A DNA stretch of 64,000 nucleotides, from contig NC_043007.1 of assembly GCF_006345805.1 (NCBI RefSeq), positions 57,040,001 to 57,104,000 of the forward strand. The letters are read 5' to 3'. Shown piece after piece: positions 52,540-64,000 of the stretch. A program made the position numbers and the translations under genes. Every line of letters begins with the position of its first letter. Positions within the stretch are counted from its first letter, which is position 1. The DNA is from Octopus sinensis (lineage: Eukaryota). The notes beneath the pieces are model-generated. The model saw only the letters and a list, made by a program, of their open reading frames with translations, had not been told where the DNA came from and did no database searches.

Positions 52540-53545
52540 ACAGTGACGTACCGTACAATTGGGTTAAAGTCAAGGAGGGTGGAAAAAGCCACAGAGGCTC
52601 AAATACAAGAAGCTTTAGGTTCCGTCTGAAATCTAAAGGAGTATATACAGATTCCACTACGAGGAAGAAGCCAAACAGCACGCTCTGAATCCCCTCAAAA
52701 GCTAAGAGCTGTTGCTAGTTTCTTACTACAGCGGTCAGAGACTGACCAAAATTATAATTCAGCAGGTGTTGCCAGAAATAGCCATTCCTTGGCTAATTGC
52801 GGCAGTGATAATAGACATCGAGGGAAACTCGAAAATCCTTGAAGCCTATCAGACCAAAAAGAACTGGTCTGGGATGACCGTAGAACTCCTTATACAAACA
52901 ACACAAAAGAATGTAGATCCCATCCCAGACCAGATCCTTCTTCCTGTAGGCAGTATAATTCCAGTCAGGGTAGATGGAAGAAAAGAAAAGTGCCACCTTT
53001 GCTTTTCCCCTAAGCATTTAAAAGCCGACTACTCTAAACTAAACGAAAAAGAGAGACGGGCACCTCTCCTCCCTACACCAATAACGGCCGCCAGAACTCC
53101 AACTACAACAGCAGCAGCACCTTCAGTAGATTCAGCCGTAGCAACACCAACACCAACATCAAACACTTCTCAGCGCCCGAAGATGTTCCATTCCCTATGG
53201 CAAAGCGGGTGGACATCACAGCTGAAGAGACGGACCGTGATGAGGATTGGCAGTTAAAAAGAAACAAAAGAAAACGTAAAAGAGACAGAAGGAAAAATAA
53301 ACATGGGGACAAACAACAACAATCCTCATCCACACAAAAAGTAGAGAGGAAAAAAATCAAAACAAAAACAAATACGCCCAAAACAAACACTACATCGACA
53401 CCACCACCTCTAACACCTAAAACACAAGCCATTCTACACACGCAACCACCACCACCACCACCACAACAACAAGAAGCACAAACTAAAGACAATAACATTA
53501 CGAACTGAACACAAAACATACATACACTTAACACAAAACATACAC
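52540..53545 (+). mobile_element. LINE ORF1/gag-like remnant
   Basis: IPVRVDGRKEKCHLCFSPKHLKAD zinc-knuckle-like motif and a low-complexity basic tail, upstream of a second ORF2 copy. Confidence 0.6.
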
Positions 53546-53559
53546 ACACTTAAAAACCC

Positions 53560-55600
53560 CAATTCCCGCAGGAAATCGGAGATTTCCTAGGGAGAGTTAT
53601 GTCGGCATATGGCTCGCCGCATGAGGAGTAAATCGTCTGGTTTGGCTGGTCTTCCCTCCGAGCTTTACGTTTATATGCCAGACTTGTTAGGTTACCTCTT
53701 AACAAACGTTTACTGCAATTGGCAACAGAATGGGAGAATTCCTAGTTTTGTGAGCCGTGGAGTGGTGGCGTTGCTGAGAAAAGACCCATAACTTTAGGCT
53801 CATATCTATGCTGAATGTAGAGTTCAAAATTTTGGCCAAGTTATTAGCTACGAGGTTGGTGCTTGTCGTCGGGGATATGTGCCATTCTGAAAAGATCCTC
53901 CCACGACAACCTCCACCTCATGCGATTACAGGGGCTGGATCGCTGCAATGCACAGCGACATCTGTTCAGTGGTCAGACAGAGCGGTCGCCTCTCAGAATC
54001 ATTCAGCATCAAGTGCTCGGTCCGGCAAGGTTGTCCCCTGTCGTCTCTCTTGTATATACTGATTCTCGAGCCACTACTACACAAACCGGAAGCGTTGAGA
54101 GACATCCCGCATGACCTAGGACGTGGGAGATGCGTGTCGGCATAAGCTGACGACGTCACTGTAGTGGTGTTGGATCATAAATACACAGAAATGATCAGCA
54201 CCGCTCTCAGGGACTACGAGGCGGTTTCAGGAGCAACACTTAGCCAGGAAAAAATCAGTGGGCTCGGCGTCCGGAGAAGCAAGCCCATGACGTCCAATTG
54301 CGTCATTGGGCGCTGGACGGTTGGACCGGTTAAATTGTTCCAAGTCTGATTCGGTCCGGAACCTCAGATGGACAAAAACAGGGACGAAGTAAGGAGCAGA
54401 GTGACTACTCTCACCCAGAAATGGGCCGAGAGAAAACTATCCCTGAAAGGTCGGGCAGAAACGCGTATATCGCATCCGTCACCTACTATCGCCTGACTGT
54501 CGTACCTTGCCCTGGTCAGTGTCTGATTAAGCTGGAGCGTATACTCTTCCGCTTCTTGTGGAAAGGGACGTATTCCGGTGGTCAGGCGGTTTATCTGCTG
54601 TCAACACCCGCTGCGTGGTGGCCTGGGCATGCTGTGATTGATGATGTGCAGACATACGCTAAGGCTACGACATTTCCAGTGCTTCCTTGACGGTGAGCAA
54701 GTGTGGTCTCCGTTTGCTAAACACGTATTTCTCCAACTAGTTTCCTTAACGGAGCTGCAGTCCTGGGTAAAACAGAGACCAAGGAGGAGTATTTGGAAAG
54801 CGGAAAAGTGGAATATCTTCAAGCGCTCACAGCCCTCAGCTAATCAGCCAGTGCGACAGGTGGAACGTTCACTTTAACTTTTTATAGAAGATTAGTGGAA
54901 GAAAAATGCGACGACGTTCTTGGGGAGAGCTTGGGCGTCGAAGATCAGCTAGTCGCTCTTTTCCGGAGAACTTTTGGGCTGGGACCAATGACTAGTTTCC
55001 AAAAATCTCCGGCCTGGCGCTGCTACCGGGGAGCTTTGCCTATTCGAGATAAACTTTACAGGCACGGAAGTACCGTCAGCCGAGCATATTCGAGATGCGC
55101 ACAGGACAAGACGGTCCTGCATGCGCTCATGCAGTGCCCGAGCATTGCTGATCTATGAGTTTATGTCGAACTCCTGCTGTCGCGTGTAGGACGGATCTGG
55201 CTATCAACTGAATCCATTGTGAAGATCATCCCGAAAAGGAAAGGCTGTTTTTATATGCCTGGTGGCCATGGCGAAAGAAGTTGTGTGGTGGACAAAATTG
55301 AAGAAGCTGAAGATAAACACTTTTCTCACTGGCCAATCCCTGATGAACTTCAAGTTTCACTTGAAAAGGAAAATAAGGGCAGAGAGGGAAGTGTTGTCTT
55401 CTAGCCAGTTTACTGAAAGGTGCTGAAAGCAACGAGAATGGTACGTGTGAACGAGCCTGCCCTGAGCATACGCCTATAGTTGGAAAAAAAGGAAAGTAAA
55501 AAAGGTACCTGCCCCAAAAGTCAGGGCATCCATGATTATTATGGAGTTTTTCTATGAGCAGCCTTTGAACGTCTCCTCACGATAGAGGATAGCACATTGT
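53560..55600 (+). mobile_element. Second decayed L1/Tx1-type LINE ORF2 copy
   Basis: LNVEFKILAK, SVRQGCPLSSLLY and SA*ADDVT; colinear with 49945-51660. Confidence 0.85.
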
Positions 55601-55736
55601 TGATCTCATTCTCTTTTTAAATCTTAATAGTCTTGTTTATATACAAAATCCTCACAACTACACACACTCACACACATACACACACATACACACATTTTTT
55701 GTTCTTGTCCTGTGCTGTGGTTAATAAAAAAATATA

Positions 55737-55784
<48 letters not shown>

Positions 55785-55949
55785 CATTGTTACGTTGATG
55801 ATGATGATAATGATGTTATGGAAGCGATTATAACGGAGCAAGACAGAAATGCCGTATCTACAATTTTCAACCGTAACAAGCACAGCAAGGACATGGAAAG
55901 AAACCAAATCCTCCTCCTCCACTTCCACCCCTTCAACACACCCGTTTCT

Positions 55950-56050
55950 CCCTTTTGGCTCGGATATTCGTTCGCCGTTGTCTCGACCGCCATTACTGGT
56001 GACGTCACACAAAGTCATGTTGAGTCGTCAACAAAAGATGGCGGTAATTG
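55950..56050. promoter_or_regulatory. CpG-enriched promoter-like island with CRE and two YY1-like motifs
   Basis: GTGACGTCAC at 55999-56008, AAGATGGCGG at 56035-56044 and CCGCCATT at 55987-55994 in the opposite orientation. Confidence 0.5.
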
Positions 56051-56508
56051 TAATACTATTTGACAAAGATGTCTCGGCATAACCGTCAGCAATGGAACTC
56101 TTCTACAATGGAAGTCTGCTTTCTCTTTGTTATAGACACACACAAACTTTCTCTTTCTCTTTTTCTCTCCCTTCCCCCCTCCCTCTCTCTCTCTCTCTAT
56201 CTACCTATCTATCTATCTCACACAAACTCACACACATTGCGCGTGCGCACACGACCCCCCTCCACAACCACACACACACACATAGACATACGCACATAGG
56301 TGGAGGTCATTGGAAAAGTCGAATTGGATTTGTACCGGAAATAGGAGAAACGAAGAAAAGCAAAACAACAAAAACAATAAAGCAATGAGAAATGAAGAAT
56401 GAGGAGGAGAAAGGTGAGGAGGAGGTGAAGAAGGCATGAAGAAGGGAAAGGACCAGGAAAAAGTGACAACAGCTGAAGAAGCGGAAAGAAAAGGAGGAAC
56501 AAGAAATA

Positions 56509-56587
<79 letters not shown>

Positions 56588-56831
56588 GCTGCTGATGCTG
56601 CTGCTGTTGTTGCTGTGCTGCTGTGCTTAGTAGTAGTAGTAGTAGTAGTAGTGGTAGTAGTAGTAGCGTATATAATAATGGTAACACTGACAAATAAATA
56701 CAATAACGTGCGTGTGTATGTATATATATATGTACACACATATGCATATTATGTGTATCTAGATATGAGTATAACATATATACACATACATCATACACAT
56801 ATACATACATATATATATGTGTGTATATATG

Positions 56832-56863
<32 letters not shown>

Positions 56864-56868
56864 ATATA

Positions 56869-56923
<55 letters not shown>

Positions 56924-56973
56924 GAGTCAGATAGATAGATAGATAGCTACATACATATATGCATACACCGCTC

Positions 56974-57029
<56 letters not shown>

Positions 57030-58391
57030 AATATTTTCAGACGTGAGAGAAGCGCCAAGAGCAACAGTGGAAGATGAAATGAAAGTAGAAAAGTGAACGT
57101 ATGGAGTTGGTGTCCACATTTTTCTCTCATACAACATTGCAATAGAAAAACTATTGATGAAAGTTAATACAATAGCGTATTGATTTGCCAAGAGGTTTGT
57201 AACAAATTGCGTATATGTGAGCATATGTTGTGCTCTGTGTGTGTGTGTGCATATGTAGAAGAGCCGTGTTAAAGTCACTTGTAAAAGTAAACAAAAGTAG
57301 ACAATGATAAAAGACGTGTGACTTTACAAGACAAAGATGTGTATCATAAAGCCGTTGAATATATATATATGTATGTATGTATGTGTGTGTATGTGTATAT
57401 GTATAATATGTATACACATACATGCTTATGTATATATATATATTTTTTCACTCACTCATGCACATACATATATCTGTATAGGTACACATACATATCTATG
57501 CACACACACACACACACACACATACACACACATACACATACATATATTAAGATACTCACCTAAGGTGGCGTATGTGTGATATCTATGTTACAGCGACTTT
57601 GAGCCGAAATCTGTTTCCACCTATCTTTGTTAAGGTAGCTTTAATAGTTATGACAAAGAAATATAAAGAGATTATGTGTCTGACTCTTTACATTTTGCTT
57701 AATATGACATCTTGGTTGTTCAGATAAAGTTTAATCTATTTCGGGTGTATTCATGGTATAATTGTGAAAAACTTCACATCGTAATCTTTTTGATCAGGTT
57801 TGAGCAAATATCATTTACCATACCATTGATCGACCCAAGCTTTGAGAAAGATATTGGGTAGATGAAAATGGTATCAAAGACAATTGGGTGGTTTCTACCT
57901 GTATTTCAAAGGACCAACCTTGTTCTCTGCTGATTCTATATGAAAATTACGTGAAGCGTATATGGGTATATGAATATTGAGACACATTATAATTCAATGA
58001 GTGGACATTTCCGATGATCGAATTACTGGATTAATCACCAAAATCGATGTAGAATATATTGATATTTTCATCTTTACTTCTAGACGGGATAAATGTGATA
58101 TGTTTGCTTCATAGGAGTCGCACTGCGTACCTTCACTTACGTTGTTAAATGAACGTCATACAATCTTTTGTTTCTCTACCCTTATAAATATTTGTATGAT
58201 CTTGGGCCTAAGTTGCTGGTCAGATATAGAAGTAAAAAAAGGAAACCCCAAAACATACATTTACGTTTGGTTGTGTAAAAACTAAAGTCACTTGAGGTGG
58301 TTGGCATCTTCTGCTGATAAATTCTTCTGCACATTTTGGCATTTCAGCAGCACATATACACATGCACGCATGTACACGCCCACGCACACAG

Positions 58392-58434
<43 letters not shown>

Positions 58435-58759
58435 CGTACACACACACACACACACACCACACACACACACATGCACACATGCGCGCGACGTTCTGAATAG
58501 GAAATTTGACATGTTTTCACCAGGAATGTGATAGAAGTGAATTAATAACTCAGATTTCAGAATCGTAACGAGATTAATAGTCATAAAAGTTGAAATAGTT
58601 GCAACAGCTTGATAACAGTTACATTATAGAGCAGAAAGACATGACTTCCTTTTTCAAAATGCTGTTTTCTTACAGCAGAAAGGCATGCCTCCGACAAAAC
58701 GGTTGTAACATATTACTTCTATGTGAATTATTGTAATATAGAGCATAGAGACAGGTCTC

Positions 58760-59380
58760 AACTCGGGTATCGCCCCCCCATAACACAGAGGAGAGAAAAG
58801 TAAACAAATAGAGGAGCCTGACCGGCTGCAATCATTTTGTGCCAATCACCATCGAGATCTTGGTTTTCTTGGACACCGCGCTGCCAATTGCCTCGGTAAA
58901 ATCGGGATAACTGCGGCCCGTCTGAGAAATGAACCCTGCGATGTGGGATGACTGCTGCAACGAGTGTCACTGGCCATTCGCTGCGACAACGCCGTGGCAG
59001 TCATGTCCGCAGGACGCGGCTGAACACACCATTTGTCCTGGAGTGTACTACTTCCACCCTATCTTCGGCTGTTCAAGTCTCCACCGTCTTTCTTTTTCTT
59101 GCAATTTTTTTCCAACACTTAACAGGTTATAAAGCAGCTTTATTTCTGCAGATCATACCTTAAATTATAACATTTAAATACAAAGAAACAGAAAAAAAGA
59201 ACAGAAAAAAGAGGGCTGGGTGGGTAAAGCAGCATGAGATGAGGGGGAGAGGGCGATGGCCCATACACCCCAGAACATGTTGGGTGCTCAGCTACGTCCT
59301 GCAGTAATGATCATAATGGCGTTGCCTCGGAGAATGGCTAGCGATACGGGCTACAGCAGCCACTCTCCTCGCGTGGCTTT
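58760..59380. mobile_element. CRE/NeSL-type retrotransposon C-terminal remnants (plus ~58760-59020, minus ~59310-59380)
   Basis: HFVPITIE..LG..LLQRVSLAIRCDNA on plus and WLL*PVSLAILRGNA on minus, matching the QRLSxAIxRGNA end motif. Confidence 0.6.
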
Positions 59381-61130
59381 TAAATCGTGATTTGATCTTT
59401 ATGTAAATAAAGCTAATTCATTACAGTTGGAAGCAGGAAGACATAAAAAGACGCAAGCCTCAATCATAAGCCAGTGTCTATGTCGAAAACGAGGTTTTAT
59501 AGTTTCTATTAAGAAGGTTGCAAGACGTTTTATGATTAATGACTTTACAGCCGTGACCATCTAATCTTTCTTCGGGTGTATTATGTCTACTGTAGACTAG
59601 TAGACTTAATCCTTCTCACAGATAAAGACTTTATCCACCGCACGGTTTAAAACCAACATCTGACTTTTTGATGCATTTTGTGAAGTCCACTTCATTGGAA
59701 GCGTTTAAGCCAACTCATTGGTTTTCCACCATCGCGATAAAGATGTAAAAATATTCCTCCATTTTCTTAAAAAGTCTGATGAGTTATAAATATTGTGGTA
59801 TATGATTCTTCTATCGATATATTAGTGTAATATGATTCTTCTGTCGTTCCATTAATGCAATATGATTCTTCTATCGCTGTGTTAGTATAAAAGCGTCAGC
59901 TAAAGATGTCAGAAGATGGAACTTAAACATTTATGCTTATGTATCTATATATTTATGCATGTAAATACACACATATAATTGTTGTTGAGGCTAATTTGTT
60001 GTAGAGTAATCGGCAGAGAGCTGCTTCGATTTTCATTGGTGATTCTGTCCCACTTTTAGAACATTGATTTTGGAGAGTCGCGGAGCTTCGGACAAAATGC
60101 TTTGTGGTATTTAGCTACGACCATTTACGTTCCGTGTTCAAATCCCATCAAAGTCAACTTTCTCTTTTACTCCTTTGAGGTGGATAAAATAAAGTATGAG
60201 TCAAGTGCTGGTGTGTGTATGGGGTGGGGGTGATGTAATCGAGTAACTCACTCACCTCAAAGTGCTTGCCTTATGACTAAATCAGAAATTTTTAAAAGGA
60301 AAAAAAAGCAGCGGTAATAAATCATGGAGGTTACTGTACATGAAGTAGCCCCGGGTAGAAGTCTGGAGTCGTAAAACATCAACCTTCAGCATTGCCATGA
60401 GTTAAGTCCCAAGAACCTCCTGTTCCAGTCTCAGTCGGCGGAGAGAATGAGAATTATCAACAACAACATCAACAACAATAAATAAGCTACAAGGAAGCCT
60501 CCTTCTCGCAGCATCATCATCCCAATTACAAGGATGGAGAACAAACGGAGGCCACAGGGACTGGCAGGCTTGTTAAAATACGGAAAAATCACTTAATGAA
60601 AGCGATGGCAAAAGGTAATAAAACTGCGCGTGGAGGACGCACTTTGGTCGGTGAGAAGACATTTTTCTATTTAGTAGAGTCTATCTCTCATAAAGAAGAG
60701 CATCTCTGTAGCAAGGAGAAGTTGTTTATCTCCTGTTAAAGCAATGAGGAGGAATCATTTCCAGTCCGATAGGAATGTCTTCACAGCTACTCGAAAGGCC
60801 AATGAAAATGTAATAGAATACGTACATGAACTTCAATTTGAAGGAAGACTAACAATTAGTTACAGCAACTCCAATACTTTACTGATACATTTTTCTATCG
60901 AAGAATGAAAGACAAAGATGACAATGGTAATGGGATTTGGACTCAGAGATCCGAAACCAACACTATAAAACGTTTCGTAACTATCCAATGGATCCATCGA
61001 CCTTCTTTCTGAAAATGTATTACATTAATTTTATTACACAGAAAGTACAAAACAGTTCGAGCAAAAATAGAAAGCGGTGTTCAATGATATGATCGTACTT
61101 GTTCAAATGTTTAGCTTTGAATATAATGAT

Positions 61131-61348
61131 GTTCTGAGGAAAATCATTGGAGCTTCATTCCAGTTTATAAAGGAGTTCTACCATACCCACAGCTTGACAA
61201 ATGCATTCAGGATCGTGTTTCAGTAGTCACCTTCCTTCCAGCTGGTAGATGTTAATGAAACACGGTCTTGAGTGCATTTGTCAAGTTATGAGTAAGGTAG
61301 GGCTCCTTTATAAACTAGAGTGAAGCTCTCATGATTTCCTTTGAGAAC
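61131..61348. repeat. Long imperfect inverted repeat (~90-bp arms)
   Basis: ggagcttcattccagtttataaaggag..ttgacaaatgcattcaggatcgtgtttca pairs with tgaaacacggtcttgagtgcatttgtcaag..ctcctttataaactagagtgaagctc. Confidence 0.85.
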
Positions 61349-62190
61349 TGGTGTAGAGTAGTTAACACATTTTCTTCAGAACATCTTCCAGTTATATTCA
61401 TGTTTACTCTGCATGCATTGTTTAAGCTAAACTGAATTTGTCTCACCTAATTTCCGAACATTAAACAATATGAGAACTGCCACGTTCTTTTACCAACCTA
61501 TCAAAAGCAAAATACAACATAGTAGATCAGTATGCGCTCAGTTGTGGACTAGTATAGATTGGTGAGCATTTGAGCATGAAGACTTGTTTTCCTTAGCGGC
61601 TTAAGGCTGTACAGACAGTGATGAACTTGTTTTTCACCAAAGTATTAGTATTATGTAGTCATGACACATAATCTATGATGTAAAGAACTCGCTCACCTTG
61701 GTAAATGAAACTTCTTCAAGTCACTGTTGAATGAATTGTTGTTTCCTGCGCACTACCTCACTAATGTTTGAACCTTCCCCTCGAAGAAATTAAGTCAATT
61801 ACTGAGGATTTGTACCGAAATTTTGATGTTGCTTGGGCGAGAATGAAATCACATGTAAAAAGAGGAAGGAATGAAAGGCAGAAATTAGACAGAAGATGAA
61901 TAGATATAAAATAGATTCAGATAAATAACAGGGTGTGCAATATTCATTTATTCTTTTACCTGTTTCAGTTATTGGACTATGACAATGATGGGAAACCGCC
62001 TTGAAGGTGTTTAGTTGCTCAAATCAACCCCATTACATATTTTTTCGAGTCTGATATTTACGCTATCGGATACTTTTCACGGATCGCTAAGTTACAGGGA
62101 GGTAAACAAACTAACACACACATACACACACACACACACATACACACGCACATACGCACACACATACACACACACACACACATTAGCAAT

Positions 62191-62334
62191 ATAATTATAA
62201 CGAAATAGAATATGGAGACTTGTTCATCCTCAAAATTTATTTCTTCTTATTTTACAATTTTATGAAATTATAAAACAGGAGAAAATAAATTTTGAGGATG
62301 AACAAGTCTCCATATTCTATTTCGTTATAGTTAT
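62191..62334. repeat. Near-perfect palindrome (~70-bp arms, tiny loop)
   Basis: 47 consecutive perfectly complementary bases (tataacgaaatagaatatggagacttgttcatcctcaaaatttattt). Confidence 0.9.
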
Positions 62335-62509
62335 TACTTATATATACTCCAGACAATATTACAGTCCAGTGAAGCGAACACAGAGAAATTCACTGTGTGA
62401 CTGACAACTAATAGTAGTTAAATGTGATCAATGTAGTTAGCTGTAACCTGAAACGCAACTGACATTCATCACGGTATCCGCCCAGACAATATATCCCTCC
62501 AAACTCACA

Positions 62510-62552
<43 letters not shown>

Positions 62553-62706
62553 TGTGTGTGTGTGTGTGTGGTTATGAAGCTCGCTTTGCAAAAATATTTT
62601 TCAGATTCAGTCCCACTGAGTGCCACCTTTAGCAAATGTCTTTGCCACGGGTCAACCAATGCTTTATGAATAGATTTGGTAGACGGACGTTTAGTGGAAG
62701 CCCGTG

Positions 62707-62782
<76 letters not shown>

Positions 62783-62884
62783 AAAGAATCTGAAAATGTA
62801 GGAGTATTTTAAAAGCATTTAACTTAACCGGTTTCACTTATTTAAAAAGATTTTCAAAAGATGTGAGGCTTTTTCTATTCTCTG

Positions 62885-63110
62885 TGGTGTAAAAAATTAC
62901 TTTACATAAATGTATTCAGATCATGTGATAGAATCTTTTACAATGATAAGAAAACGCTTGAGGCTTTGTGTATCCCTTGTGATGAGTCAAAAAATAGTTT
63001 ACATAAAAAACATTTAGATCAGGTAATAATATTTTTACAATGATAAGAAGATAAAAATTAGTTTACATAAATATATCCAAATCAAGTAATAAAGATCTTG
63101 ACAAGAAGAT
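62885..63110. repeat. Degenerate tandem repeat (~3 units, tttacataaa..gatca..ttttacaatgataagaa)
   Basis: Recurrent motif at ~62900, ~62998 and ~63062. Confidence 0.55.
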
Positions 63111-63938
63111 AAAACGTGTCTGGTTTGTCACTCAACGGTGCTAAAGTTTTAGTTTCACAGTGATCAGAAACCATAATCGTTTGCAGCGTCTTAAATTGCA
63201 AAAAGTGGTAAGTAGAGAAATAACAGACCATTTATAGTTCTCGGATCTGGTTGTAGGGTCTCGCTTCTGGATGGATTTTAACAGTCACCACTATTTTATA
63301 CAGAGATGGTGGCTCAGAATTGTCTTCTTGTTTAAAAAACAATGTGGTTGGTTGATGGCAGTCACGTGATCAAAAGATGGTTCTGTTTTTTAAAAAAGGG
63401 TGGCCTAGAATTGTTTTCTCTCTAAAAATAGTGTGGGGTTGATGGCATTCAATCCCCATCACACAATCAAAAGGTTCTGATAGTTGTTGTGGAGCCAAGA
63501 AAGGCTTTAGTGAGCTGGTTCAGTAGTTTTAGCTGGTGTTTTGGGGTTTATACGTATGACCCACAGGTAAAGAACGGTGTGTATTTGCGTGTAAGTGTAT
63601 GTGTGCATATATGTGTGTGTGTTTTCTGGTCAGGGCGGTGTGTACGTGCACTTGGATATGTGTGTGTGTCTATGTATGTGTGAGTGCTATAATTGTCCAG
63701 GCAGTGTGTGTATGTGTGTATTATATTTGTAAGGGCGCTTTGTGTGTTTCCGTGTGCGTGCATATGTACGTGTGTGTTACGTTTATCCGGGGGGGGGGGT
63801 GCATGTGTGCGTGTGTGCGTGTGCGTTTATGTGCGCGTGGGTGTGCGTGTGGATTTGCGTGTAAGTGTATGTGAGTGTTTTTCTGGTCTGGGTGGTGTGT
63901 ACGCGCACGTGGGTATGTGTGTACGCACGTATGTGTAT

Positions 63939-63969
<31 letters not shown>

Positions 63970-64000
63970 GACGGGAAGTCATAAGATTCTGGCTAGAAAA

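Noticed and set aside
56218-56940. Poly-Leu or poly-Val membrane-protein-like ORFs
   Set aside because: Produced by (CTA)n and (TAG)n microsatellites.
60320-60860. Coding-looking purine-rich stretch
   Set aside because: No sustained ORF or identifiable motif; probably an old TE remnant.

Overview
Eukaryotic, AT-rich, microsatellite-dense genomic DNA. The SINE/LINE families suggest an octopus (coleoid cephalopod), by recognition rather than a search. One convincing protein-coding gene lies on the + strand: a FSIP1 (fibrous sheath-interacting protein 1)-like gene with ten phase-consistent GT-AG exons from ~9436 to the stop at 38623 (5' end not located). One 1-kb exon encodes a 24/28-aa tandem repeat. 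The rest is mobile DNA: a full-length but disabled hAT element with TIRs and TSD, a Buster/SPIN-type hAT remnant, Tc1/mariner remnants, several Helitrons (one with a Pif1 helicase fragment), L1/Tx1-, R4/Dong-, RTE- and CRE-type LINE relics, two tRNA-derived SINE families, MITEs and minisatellites. Most ORF-track entries are microsatellite read-through. The signal the ORF track misses is at RNA level: four minimal type I hammerhead-ribozyme motifs from three repeat families, each with at least one deviation from consensus. One sits in a 364-nt rod-like, terminally redundant retrozyme/Penelope-LTR-like unit. Another seeds a ~5.8-kb inverted satellite structure enclosing Helitrons. Several long hairpins and a CRE/YY1 promoter-like island were also noted. 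All coordinates were read by eye.
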